This document shows, piece after piece, positions 39,239-52,259 of a stretch of DNA of 64,000 nt. The first letter of the stretch is position 1, and each line of letters starts with the position of its first letter. Both the position numbers and the translations under genes were made by a program. The notes beneath the pieces are model-generated. The model saw nothing but the letters and a program-made list of their open reading frames with translations, had not been told where the DNA came from and made no database searches. This DNA comes from Eledone cirrhosa (Eukaryota): assembly GCA_964016885.1 (NCBI GenBank), contig OZ024743.1:229400001-229464000 (forward strand), read 5' to 3'.

Positions 39239-39319
39239 TTTCGATCTTTCAACATATTATTCGTATTCGTGATACACAGTACAGTATAGGTGGAAAGAAA
39301 CTGTGCTCTCTCAATTCAG

Positions 39320-40000
39320 AGAAGTAATGGCCCTACCTGGAGCAACTCTCTACCCGGAGGAACCTTTATTTCCGTCGCTTGTATTTGCGATCGTATTCTT
39401 TGGAACTCCACTCACATATTGAGCGCACTATGCAGGCTTCCTTGAGAAGACGAGTATCTCAGTCTTCGCAGCACTGATTTTCAATCCGTTCAGCACTCGG
39501 CAGCAAATCTCTTATGTGCAAGTCACAGATCGCTTTCTGTCGAATTAAATAATTGTTTCTACTATTGGCACAAGGCCAGAAATTACCCAGTACATTACTG
39601 GTACTTTATTTTATCGACCCCGTAAGGATGAAAGGCAAAGTCAACCTCGGTGGGATTTGAACTCAGATCGTAAAGGGACGTAACTATGCTGAAAAGCATG
39701 GCGTCCGACCCTCTACCGATACTGCCAATCCACCGCCCTATATCCACCTTAATTCTGTCGAATTAAATAATACCACGTTGTCTGCAAATTCCAGCCGACT
39801 GAGCCTATATTTGCCAGTCGCGAGACCACTACCAACTAGGCTGCGTATGTGAATCCTGCCCATAAAGATTATGAACAGGAATGATGCCCGACACCCACAT
39901 TGAATGGTTTAGACTTAGCACCAATTATTCGAACACAAATTCTAGGGCATTTGTATAGACATCTTTGCAATAAGAAGCTGTCCATCGATCCCGTACTCCT
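39320..40000 (-). mobile_element. Degenerate RTE (Rex3-like) RT fragment interrupted by a SINE
   Basis: EYGIDGQLL..; SKPFNVGV; LFIIFMGRI; RLSRLEFADNVV; agaatacgatcgcaaatacaagcg shared with the 63395 copy. Confidence 0.7.
39551..39738 (-). mobile_element. Full-length SINE family A with a 19-bp TSD
   Basis: ttctgtcgaattaaataat at both 39535-39553 and 39753-39771. Confidence 0.92.
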
Positions 40001-40036
40001 ACCGCGGAATATTTGGTTGGCTGTGCTGCATCTTTC

Positions 40037-40320
40037 CTCAAATGAAATGTAAGGACGGGGATAGCAAAAAAATGTTTAGTTAAGCAAGGTTGGGTGAATC
40101 AGTTCATTCTAATTCTGGACTGTATAAAGATATTGGGCTTGAAAATACCCTTACCAATTTTAATTTTTCGGATCTTTCTGCGTCCTGAAAGATCAAAATT
40201 GGTAAAAAAAAATGTTCAAGTTCAATTTGTTTCTACAATTCACAAATAGAACGAACTGATTCATCCAATCTTGCTTAACTAAAAATTGTATACTAACCGT
40301 ATCCTTACATTTCATTTGAG
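40037..40320. mobile_element. Fold-back MITE
   Basis: ctcaaatgaaatgtaagga / tccttacatttcatttgag termini; complementarity continues inward (ttagttaagcaag, gaatcagttc, ttaccaatttt). Confidence 0.8.
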
Positions 40321-40859
40321 TAAATTCACGTAAGACAAGTGAAAATGTTCCTTCTGAACTCTCGGATTCTAACACACCAACACACAACGAAAATATGAAA
40401 CTACCGCCGAGGGAATATGTTGAATAGGTAGCACTAATAGAAGAGGTGTTGTCAGAGTGTATGTGTATGAAAGTATCTGATAGATTAGATAGATAGATAG
40501 ATAGATGAGAGAGGGAGAGTGAGGGAGAGAGAGAGAGAAAGAGAGAGAGAAGGAGAGAGTGAATAAGAGGAAAAGTGAGAAAGGTTGCGCCAAATTACAA
40601 TCCTTGACACTTACAGGCAGTGAACCGTTAAAATGTTAAGCAAGTGCCTTTACTTCAACTGTGTGTAGCTCTGTCATCGAATACTGATACGTCTGTTAGT
40701 TGGCTGTCAGCACTGTTTACTGTTCACCTTACTTAGTTGCCCCTCTCCACACTACAACACCATCCCCCTTCCTCCTCTCTATTTCTAAATACTAACCGGA
40801 TGTTCATATTGCTAACTGTCGGTCATTTTATACATTCCCCTCCCCTGATGCTTCCTATA

Positions 40860-41545
<686 letters not shown>

Positions 41546-41679
41546 TTAACACACACAGACAAGTGTGTTTGTGTGTGTTGTAAAACTAGTTTACCTTGAA
41601 ACAAACAACAGCTATATACCGCTTTATTCTGACTCACGTTGTGTTAGTGTTATGGCTAATTAATGTATATAACTGTAGA

Positions 41680-41978
41680 GAGGGCCGGATTTAATGGGGG
41701 TAAAAGGGGCAATTGCCCCGATCCCCCTGCAGTGGGAGGCCCCACCAGCGACAGCCGTCGCAATTTATTTGTGTCCCCAGCTGGTTAGATTTTTTGAATT
41801 TAATACCAGTATGTATAACTTTCCAATTCCAATTGCTTGCGCCAAGCTAACAATATGTAAAATTGTATGTGTGGGTGTGTGTGTGTGTAGTTGTCGCTCT
41901 GTGTTCTATTTTTTTTTTGTGTATGCCTCCACCAAACCTGAAGTGCCCTGGGCTCCCCAAGGTCTAAATCCAACCCTG
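41680..41978 (+). mobile_element. hAT-type MITE, same family as 16474-16761
   Basis: gagggccggattta ... taaatccaaccctg; 8-bp flanks actgtaga / gctgtagg. Confidence 0.8.
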
Positions 41979-42427
41979 GCTGTAGGGTGTTATAAGCTAA
42001 ACCTTTTAACAACATATACACACACACGGGTGTAGGTGAGTGTGTTGCAACACGCTACAACTGTATGAACTAATTAGCGATAGCAGCAACACAGCGTGAT
42101 TCATAATAAAAGCACATGGACCCATATACAATTTGTATGTCTTATAAGCATACATTTAGTTTCGCTATGAGTATTTTAAGCAATTATGTGAAAGCTACCT
42201 AGGTATCAGAATAGGAGCGGTGGATGCATGCATTTCATTGTCGTTACAATTCATCAGCACTCGCTCAGACACTAAGGTCTAAAAGACAATATTGTCTTAA
42301 AGATTCTGTAAACAAACTATTCTTGCTGAAGCCCAACATACATATAGCAGACCTATCAATTCTCCCCGCCCGACGGGGAGATCCCCCACTCTCTTTGGGG
42401 TGGGTGAAAATGGGTATAGCTTTCGCC

Positions 42428-42547
42428 ATTCTGAGTTCAAATCCCGCCAAGGTTAATTTTGCCTGTCATCCTTACGGGGTCGATAAAATAAAGTACCAGT
42501 AATGCACTGGGTAATTGCTGGCCTTGTGCCAATAGTAGAAACAATTA
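42428..42547 (+). mobile_element. SINE family A, 5'-truncated
   Basis: tctgagttcaaatcccgccaaggtt...gtagaaacaattat. Confidence 0.85.
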
Positions 42548-42916
42548 TGTAAAATATCTTAATTTTGCTTCATTTCTAGCCGTTTGGAGGCACTTATTTT
42601 CATGGTACTCTTCGTTTGGGTTTTTAGAGGTTGGCAGTTCTGATATAGGGCAAGCTTGACCAGCTTGTATTAATTAAAGATGGCACTAGCACGGTGTGAT
42701 TCAAAATACAGGCATATATGAACCCTTTTACAACATGTTTATGTATAATAACCAGATATGTAATCTCTTTGTGAGTATATTGTGCTACATATGTGTATTC
42801 CGTCGAGAAATTCCGATAGCCTCCTTGTGGAAGTGGCTGAGCATTCCACAATCACTTAAACTCTTAACATGGATTTAACATGAAATAATTCGACAAGGCT
42901 GGCCTTTTGCAATGTA

Positions 42917-43261
42917 CTCCCGGGTTCCAAATAAAAGGGAGTGGGTTGGAATAAGCGGGTCGGTAATGTTTCTAGGTTGTTTCCGTCGATTTAAAAGAAA
43001 AATAATAACAAAACAGAATTAGTGGTTTAGTTTATATATTGAGGTCCTCATCCCATCCTAGATATTTTATAACGTATGGGATTTCTAGTAATGTTCTTCT
43101 GTGGTCATGTGTAATATATTTTAATGTATAAAGAAAAAGTTCACCTGAGATAGATTAGCAAAACTTTATAAGCGAGGGTGGGTGGATGGAATAAGAGCGT
43201 GTGTGTGGGTGGAAAAATTAATTGAGGTGGGGATGGGGGGCAATTATTCGTGACCCGAGAG
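42917..43261. mobile_element. TA-flanked MITE (Tc1/mariner-type target)
   Basis: TA|ctcccgggttccaaataa ... ttattcgtgacccgagag|TA. Confidence 0.7.
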
Positions 43262-43464
43262 TATATGTTATTTTTACCTGATGAGTGAAATGGAGCAACG
43301 GGTCGAAGGACACACAATGAACTGCATGGTATCGAACTCATGGCCTTATGATCGCGAATCGAACACCCTAATCATAAAGACACACACCTTCACAACACAT
43401 ATTATACATGAGGTCATATAGATTTAAAAGAAAGAAACGATTGGAAAAAATGGTCTTAAACATA

Positions 43465-46400
43465 ATGGTGGTGTGACTGGTGGTGATTATGATGGTGGTG
43501 GTTGTGGTGGTTGTGGTGGCTGTTGTGTTGGATGGAGGTATTGGTGGTAGTGTTTTCTCAGTTGATGGTATTATTGGTGGTGAGGGTAAGTGTGCTGATG
43601 GTAGTGGTGGTGCTAGTGATAGTTGGTGGTGATAATACTTTGAGCCCTGATGGTGATGGTAGTGGTGATGGTTGTGACGGTTGTGGTGGTGGTGGTAATG
43701 GAAATAGTAGTAGAGGTGATGGTGGTAGTGGTGATGATGGTGATTAGCGTTGTGGTGGTGGTGGTTGTTGTGGAGGTGAACATATTGGTAGAAGTAATGG
43801 AGGTAGTGGTGGGGATGGTGATTAAGGTAGTGGTGGTGTTGGTGGTGGTGGTGGTAGTGGAAATAGTGGAAATAGTGGTAGAGGTGATGGGGGTAGTGGT
43901 GTGGTGATGGTGATTAAAGTAGTGGTGGTGTTGGTGGTGTTGGTGTTGGTGGTGTTGGTGGTGGTAGTGTTGATAGTGGAAATAGTGGTAGAGGTGATGG
44001 AGGTAGTGGTAGTGATGTTAATTAAGGTAGTAGTAGTATTATTGGTGGTGGTGGTGGTGGTGGTGGTAGTGATAGTGGTAATGATCATATAGATGACGGA
44101 GGTAGTGTTGGTTGAAGTAGTAGTGGTGCTGATATGGATGGTTTTAATGGTGGTGCTGGTGGTGCTGGAGGTGCTGGTGCTGGTGGTGGTGCTGCTGCTG
44201 CTACTGGTGCTGCTGCTGGTGCTGGAGACTGTGGCAGTCATTGAGCTTCCGTCAGTCAGATTAAATTCTGATTATTTTGTCAGGGACTCAAGATTAATGA
44301 CAACGGCGAGGATAATCCCGATAGATGGCGCGGGAGAGATGGTTTGAAGATGATAATGATGATTTTGATGATTACGAGGATGAAGATAGTGATGATAATG
44401 ATGGTGGTGGTGGTGGTGTTGATGGTGAAGCTGATGTCGACGACGACAATGATGATGATGGTGACAACGACGATCATAATGACGATAATGATGACGATGA
44501 AGACGATGGTAGGTGTGATGATGATGGTGACGAGGTTGATGATGAGAATGTAAGTGGTGGTGTTGGTGTTGGTGGTGGTTGTGGTGTTGTTGGTGATGGT
44601 GGTGGTGGTTGTGGTGTTGTTGGTGATGGTGGTGTTGTTGGTGATGGTGGTGGTGGTGTTGGTGGTGGTTGTGGTGTTGTTGGTGATGGTGGTGTTGGTG
44701 GTGGTGTTGTTGGTGATGGTGATGGTGTTGGTGATGGTTGTGGTGTTGTTGGTGATGGTGGTGGTGGTGGTTGTGGTGTTGTTGGTGATGGTGGTGTTGG
44801 TGGTGGTGTTGTTGGTGATGGTGGTGGTGGTGGTGGTGTTGGTGGTGGTTGTGGTGTTGTTGGTGATGGTGGTGGTGGTTGTGGTGTTGTTGGTGATGGT
44901 GGTGGTGGTGGTGGTGGTTGTGGTGTTGTTGGTGATGGTGGTGGTGGTTGTGGTGTTGTTGGTGATGGTGGTGGTGGTTGTGGTGTTGTTGGTGATGGTG
45001 GTGGTGTTGTTGGTGATGGTGGTGTTGTTGGTGATGGTGGTGGTGGTGGTGGTGGTTGTGGTGTTGTTGGTGATGGTGGTGTTGGTGGTGGTGTTGTTGG
45101 TGATGGTGGTGGTGTTGGTGATGGTTGTGGTGTTGTTGGTGATGGTGGTGGTGGTTGTGGTGTTGTTGGTGATGGTGGTGGTGGTGGTGGTGGTTGTGGT
45201 GTTGTTGGTGATGGTGGTGGTGGTTGTGGTGTTGTTGGTGATGGTGGTGGTGGTGGTGGTGGTTGTGGTGTTGTTGGTGATGGTGGTGTTGGTGGTGGTG
45301 TTGTTGGTGATGGTGGTGGTGTTGGTGATGGTTGTGGTGTTGTTGGTGATGGTGGTGGTGGTTGTGGTGTTGTTGGTGATGGTGGTGGTGGTGGTGGTGT
45401 TGGTGGTGGTTGTGGTGTTGTTGGTGATGGTGTTGGTGGTGGTGTTGGTGGTGGTTGTGGTGTTGTTGGTGATGGTGGTGTTGGTGTTGGTGGTGGCTGT
45501 GGTTGTGGTTTGTTGGTGGTGGTGGTGGTGTTGGTGGTGTTGGTGGTGATGGTGGTGGTGTTGGTGGTGATAGTAGTGGTAGTGTTGGTGGTTGTGGTGT
45601 TGTTGTTGGTGATGGTGGTGATGGTGTTGATGGTGGTGATGGTGGTAGTGTTGGTGGTTGTGGTGTGTTGTTGTTGTTGTTGTTGGTGGTGGTGATGGTG
45701 GTGATGGTGTTCATGGCGGTGGTGGTGGCGTTGCTAATGATGATCCCGATGAAGATAAGGATGAAAATTAATAGATGACATGGAACGTTATCAAGATGAT
45801 GGCGGTGATGGCGGTGATGGCGGTGATGGCGGTGATGATGACGATGAGAAGCGGGAGAAGGGGATGCGAAGGAAGAGGATGCTGATAATAACTTTAGCGT
45901 TAGTGTCGTTAATGTTGGTGGTATAACAAATGATTATGATGGTAGTGGTGGTGCTGGTGGTGGTGGTGTTGTTGGTAGTGGTGGTGGTGTTGGTAATTGT
46001 GGTGGTGCTGGTGGTGGTGGTGTTGTTGGTAGTGGTGGTGGTGTTGGTAATTGTGGTGCTGGTGGTGTTGCTGGTAGTGGTGGCGTTGTTGATAGTAGTG
46101 TTGTTGTTGTTGGTGGTGGTGTTGTTGGTGGTCGCGTTGTTGGTGGTGGTGTTGTTGTTGGTGGTGGTGTTGTTGGTAGTGGTGGTGTTGGTGGTGGTGG
46201 TGTTGGTAATGGTGGTGCTGGTGGTGGTGGTGGTGTTGTTGGTAGTGGTGGTGCTGGTGGTGGTGTTGTTGGTAGTGGTGGTGTTGTTGGTAGTGGTGGT
46301 GCTGGTGGTGGTGTTGTTGGTAGTGGTGTTGTTGTTGGTGGTGGTGTTGGTGGTGGTGGTGGTGTTGGTAATGGTGGTGCTGGTGGTGGTGGTGGTGTTG

Positions 46401-46915
46401 TTGGTAGTGGTGGTGCTGGTGGTGGTGTTGTTGGTAGTGGTGGTGTTGTTGTTGGTGGTGGTGTTGTTGTTGGTGGTGGTGGTGTTGGTAGTGGTGGCGT
46501 TGTTGGTGGTGGTGGTGGTGTTGGTAGTGGTGGCGTTGTTGTTGGTGGTGTTGTTGGAGGTGGTGTTGGTAGTGGTGGTGGTGGTGTTGTTGGTAGTGGT
46601 GGTGCTGGTGGTGGTGTTGTTGGTAGTGGTGGTGTTGTTGTTGGTGGTGGTGTTGTTGTTGGTGGTGGTGGTGTTGGTAGTGGTGGCGTTGTTGTTGGAG
46701 GTGGTGTTGGTAGTGGTGGTGGTGGTGTTGTTGGTGGTGGTGTTGTTGGTGGTGGTGTTGGTAGTGGTGGTGGTGGTGTTTTTGGTGGTGGTGTTGTTGG
46801 AGGTGGTGTTGGTAGTGGTGGTGGTGGTGTTGTTGTTGGTGGTGTTGTTGGTAGTGGTGGTGCTGGTGGTGCTGTTGTTGTTGGTGGTGTTGTCGTTGTT
46901 TGTGGTGGTGGTGAT
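43465..46915. repeat. Cryptic (GGT/GTT/GAT)n trinucleotide array with higher-order units
   Basis: 44570-45500 repeats ggtgat(ggt)n-tgtggtgttgtt; 45940-46900 repeats gttggtagtggtggt variants. Confidence 0.95.
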
Positions 46916-47224
46916 AATGCACATATATGCATGTGTGAGTGTGTGTGCGTGTGTGTGTGTGTGAGTGCGTGTGTCTGCGTGCGGACGTGTGTGTGTATGA
47001 TGTTGATAGTAGTGATAATTTTAATGATGGTGGCGGTGGTAGTGTGTGTGTGTGTGTGTATGTGTGTGTGTGTTGTGTGAGTGTGTGTGTGTGCATGCGT
47101 CTGGATGCGTGTGTATGAGTGTATGTATGTGTGATAGCGTACGTGTGTGTGAGTATGTGATAGTGTATGCGTGTGTGTGTGTGCGTGTGCGTGCGTCTGG
47201 ACGTATGTGTGTATATGTATGTGT

Positions 47225-47256
<32 letters not shown>

Positions 47257-48564
47257 ACCTGTGTGTTGTGACGGTCACTGCAACCGTGGTATGACGCCGT
47301 TTAACGGGGTGCTGGTGTCAGTGCCAGTAACAATGGTTGACAGTTTGTTAGGGTGGGGCTATGACACAAAGAAAGAAGTGTGTGGTGGGAGGTAGAGGTG
47401 ATGTTCAGGATAACAGCAATAATGGGACGCTGATGAGGGGACGGAGTGATGGGGGTGGAGTGGGAGAGGATAGAGGGGGGAAATGAGTGGAGGAGAGAGA
47501 TGGATGGAGAGAGGGGGTCGAAACATGAGCGGTAGGGATAAAGAAGGAGTGAAAGTTTGGTGAGGAGCCAGATAGGGACAAAAGTGCGAGAAAGGAGAGG
47601 TACAGTGTAGGGAGGGAGAGAGAGAGGGGGGAAGCAAGAGATAGAGAGAGTTAGAGAGAGAGAGATATATATAGTGAGAGAAAAAGAAAAAGAGCGAGAG
47701 AGAGTGATAGGGGGGTGAGATCAAGAGAGATAGAGCAAGAGATAGAGAGGGGGAGAGAGTGATAGCCAAAGCTGACGATGACAGTAATAGGTAGAACAAG
47801 AGGCTGATGATGAAGATAGTGATAGAATGATATTGGTGGTGACGGGGATTGTAGTGGTGGTGGTAGTGATGATGATGGTGAGGCTGAAGGTGATGGTGAT
47901 GGTGGGGATGTGGTGTTGATGGTGGTGATGACGATGATATTGGTTATGGTGGTTATGATCATTATGATGGTGGTGATGTTAGGTGGTTATGGTGGAGATG
48001 ATGGTGATATGGTGATGGCGCTGATGGCGGTGATAATGGTTATGGTGATTGTAGTCGTGATGATGGCGGTGATGGTGGTGGTGCTGATGGTGGTGATGGT
48101 GCTAATAGTGATAGTCGTGCTGGTGATGATGCTGCAAATGTTGATGATGATGGTGGGGATGATGATATTTTGCTATATTTACTCTACCCCAGAAGGATGC
48201 AAAATGAAGTCGACTCAGAGAGAACATATAACTTGAAGGGGTGAAGTAAAATAACGCTACACAACTCCTTTTTTTTGTCCGATGTTCTACTCGACTTTCT
48301 CAATCACTCAAAATCTCATAACAGCCAAATCTCCCTCGGATTACACAATACAATCTTATAAAGTCACTAGTGTACATTGAATAATGCAATTCTATATAAA
48401 CATAGTATTCGAGAGAAGAACGGAACACTTTTGGCCAAAGGGTTGTTCAGTCATAGGTGCCATGCCTATGGACGAAATCCTGATGGAGTCGTAGAGGTAT
48501 CATTGGGTTACATAGTTTGTCTTGTGTAATTTAAACCTGGTATAGCACATCCATCTCTAGATCT

Positions 48565-48595
<31 letters not shown>

Positions 48596-48599
48596 TATA

Positions 48600-48707
<108 letters not shown>

Positions 48708-48910
48708 TGTGTATGTGTGTATGTGTGTGTTTGTGTTGACGGAATGTTGCGGTACTAGCAGCCACAGAAGCATACAGCATCAGGCGTCATCCGACGAACA
48801 ACGAACAAAGGCGAGCTACAGCATGGCCACAGTCATTTAAAGGCGAATGTTTTAGGTTTTAGGGGTCCGCACATGGTAAGAGACTGCAGAAAGTCGAAAC
48901 CCGAGTACAT

Positions 48911-49210
48911 TGGATTGGCAGTATCGGTAGATGGTTGGACGCCATGCTTTGCACGAAAGAGTTACGGCCCTTTATGGTCTGAATTCAAATTCCGCCGAGG
49001 CTAACTTTGCTTTCATCCTTACGGGCTCGATAAAATAAAGTACCAGTAATACACTGGTATAATTGCTGGCCTTATGCCAAAAATTGAAACAATTATTTAT
49101 TGACCTCGAAAGGATGAAAAGCAAAGTTGACCTCGACTAGATTTGAAATCAGCAGAGAGCCGAAACCAATACTGCGAAGAATTCTAATGACCGTACCAAC
49201 ACCCCGCCAT
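48911..49210. mobile_element. SINE family A (+, 48911-49096) abutting an older opposite-strand SINE (49090-49210)
   Basis: tggattggcagtatcggtaga...ttgaaacaattat, then tattgacctcgaaaggatgaaaagcaaagttgacctcg. Confidence 0.8.
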
Positions 49211-50544
49211 GTCAGGGCTGACCCGTTGTTTATACCCCTACCCTAACAGAAATAACATAATTCCTTCTAAGGCTGGTTGGCACAAGTTCACACATTTCCA
49301 GGTAAATGGACAACAGTATATAACTGTTATGATTCCTACCTGGGAAATAAAAAAATAAATAAATAAATCCCACCGGATTGTGATGGTCGTGATGTTGATG
49401 TTGGTAGTGTTGTTTGTTGGTGCTTGTTATGATGGTAATGATGGTGGTGATGTGAGTGACGGTGTTTATTGCGGTGGTATCCATTGTAGTGGTATTAGTG
49501 TCGGTATTAGTGCTGGTGTTGTTTTTGGTGTTGTGGTGTTTGTTTAAATTGTCGAGATGTAGGTAGCGATGGCGGCGGTGGTGGTGCTGGTGGTTCTAGT
49601 GTTGTTGTTATTGTTGTTGTTTTTGTTGGTGATAGTGGCAGTGGTGGTGGTGGTGGTGATGGTTGCGGTGTTGGTGCTGGCGGTGCTGGCGGTGCTGATG
49701 TGGATTGTGGTGTAGCTGGTGGTGGTGGTGGTGTCTGTGTTGTTGTTAGAGGTGGCAGAAAATGGTGCTGGTAATTGTAGTGTTCGTGTAGGTCACGATG
49801 GCGGTGCCAGTAGTGATGTTGTTGTTGTGACTGTTGTGACTGTTGTTGATGTTGGTGGTGTGGTTTGTGGCGGTGGTGTAGCTGATGGTGGTAGTGATTC
49901 TGCAGTAGTGGAGGAGGCTATGACGCTTTAAACAGCGGGAGTAAAAGGGCAAGACGTTAAATCAAACTAATACATGGCTTTATTTAAATATAAATATACT
50001 GTTACCTGTGTGCTGCTGTATGTGATTGTATGTGTTTATATATATTTGTATCTGTTTGTGTATGTGTGCATGTTGGTGTGTGATTGTGTTTGCGTTTGTG
50101 TGTAAAGGTGAATGTCTTTCTATTCGCATGATTATGTTTGTGAGGATGTGAATGTGTGCGTGTATGTAAGTATGTGTGGATATATGAGAGTGTGATTGGT
50201 GTGTGAGAGTGTGATTATGTTTGTGAATGTATGAGAGAAAGAGAAAGAGAGTGCGTGTGCCTGCGTGCATGTGTGGGTGTGGGTGTACGTGTGGGTGTAT
50301 ATGTGTGTGTGTGCGTGTGTGTGATGTGTATGAGAGTGGGTTGTGTGCGTATGCCTGTATGCGTATTTACGTGTTTGTGTGGTTTTATGAGAAGGTGATT
50401 GTGCGTATGCATGTATGTGCTAATGTATGAGATTATGATTGTGGGTCTGTGTATATGTGTATGTGAGTTCTTGCGTGTACATATACAGGTGAGTATCTGA
50501 GAGTAAATTTGTGTGTGTGCATGTGAATGTGTATGTGTGTGCCA

Positions 50545-50710
50545 GTATGTTTTCTTGCGAGTATATATGAGTGTGACTATGAGAGTATGATCGCGTGTGT
50601 GTGGTGTGAATGTGCATGTGTGTGTGTATGTGTGTGCCTGTATGTTTTCTTGCGAGTATATGTGAGTGTGACTGTATGAGAGTATGATTGTGTGTGTGTG
50701 TTTCTGTGTT

Positions 50711-50768
<58 letters not shown>

Positions 50769-50875
50769 TGTATGTAAATGTGTATATGTGTGTGTGTGAA
50801 TGTGTATGTAACTGTGTGTGTGTGTCTGTATGTTTTCTTGCGAGTATATGTTAGTGTGACTGTATGAGACTATGA

Positions 50876-50942
<67 letters not shown>

Positions 50943-51110
50943 TGTATGTGAATGTGACTGTTTATGTATGTTTTCTTGCGAGTGTGACTATATAAGAGTA
51001 TGTTTATGTGCCTGTGCGATGTGTGTGTGTATGTGAATACGACTGTGTATGTTTGTTTTCTTGCGAGTATATGTGAATGTGACTATATGAGAGTATGATC
51101 GTGTGCCTGT
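50545..51110. repeat. Minisatellite with (TG)n spacers
   Basis: Five copies of gttttcttgcgagt(atatgtgag)tgtgact.tatgagagtatg. Confidence 0.85.
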
Positions 51111-51491
51111 GCGATGTGTGCGTGTGTGTTCGATATTTGAGAGCTTTATTCTACTTTCAGCTGTGTGTGTTTCTGGCGGAAGTCGACAAGTGTTGACCTG
51201 TTATTTTGCTTCCTTTTATTTTGGGGTTTTTTTTTTTAACGTATGAAATTGTGAGAGGCAATGGAAAGAAAGAAAGAAAGAAAGATAGAAAGAAAGAAAA
51301 AAAAAGAAAGAAGGGAAGAAAGATAGAAAGAAAGAAATAAAAGAAAATAGTTCAGTAATTTACGACATTTTATCGCTCTCCAAACATTACACTTTCTCTA
51401 CGTTCTTCTTGTCAACAGTGTTTCCCAAACAGCAAATTATGGAATTAACCAACGAAATGCCATAAATCCACCAATAAAAAAATATAATAAA

Positions 51492-51577
<86 letters not shown>

Positions 51578-51767
51578 TATATTTATAGAGAGAGAGAGAG
51601 ATGTATATGTATATATATATATATATATATTATATAATAAATACGTATATGTATATATGTATATATATATATATATATATACATATGTATATATATCTAT
51701 ATGTATATATATCTCCATTGGTGTATATATATATATATGTAAATATATATATGTATATATTTATATA

Positions 51768-51864
<97 letters not shown>

Positions 51865-52259
51865 CAATGGAGATATATATACATATAGATATATATACAT
51901 ATGTATATATATATATATATATATACATATATGGAGAGAGAGAGAGAGAGAGAAAGCGTATACACTTTCTTTTTTGCCTCATATTCATTTAGTTACTTAT
52001 TTCACATTTATGGAAACTAGGAGATCGGGGAGGGAGGTATCTTAGAGCGGGGAGAAATACAGTGGTGATAGTGGTGGTGGTGGTGGTGAGGCAGAGGTAA
52101 GAATCCTTTTGATCATAAGGGTTGACGTAAACATTATTATGACCATGATGACAAACAAGAACCGTCATGGGAACACTGACAGGAATACTAATAATAACTA
52201 TTTCCAGCATTGGTTGGTACAAGGCCAGAAATGTTTTATTTTGGGTATTGGTTAGTTTG

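Noticed and set aside
44272-47096. Long ORFs rich in His/Gln, Gly/Val/Cys, Thr/Asn or Pro/Thr (up to 480 aa), tempting as structural proteins
   Set aside because: Several frames on both strands are open simply because GGT/GTT repeats lack stops; there is no signal peptide, no non-repeat domain and no preferred frame.
50545-51110. Repeat-spacer pattern resembling a CRISPR array (also 23300-24080 and 34010-34350)
   Set aside because: The spacers are (TG)n/(CA)n of variable length, the context is eukaryotic and there are no cas genes.
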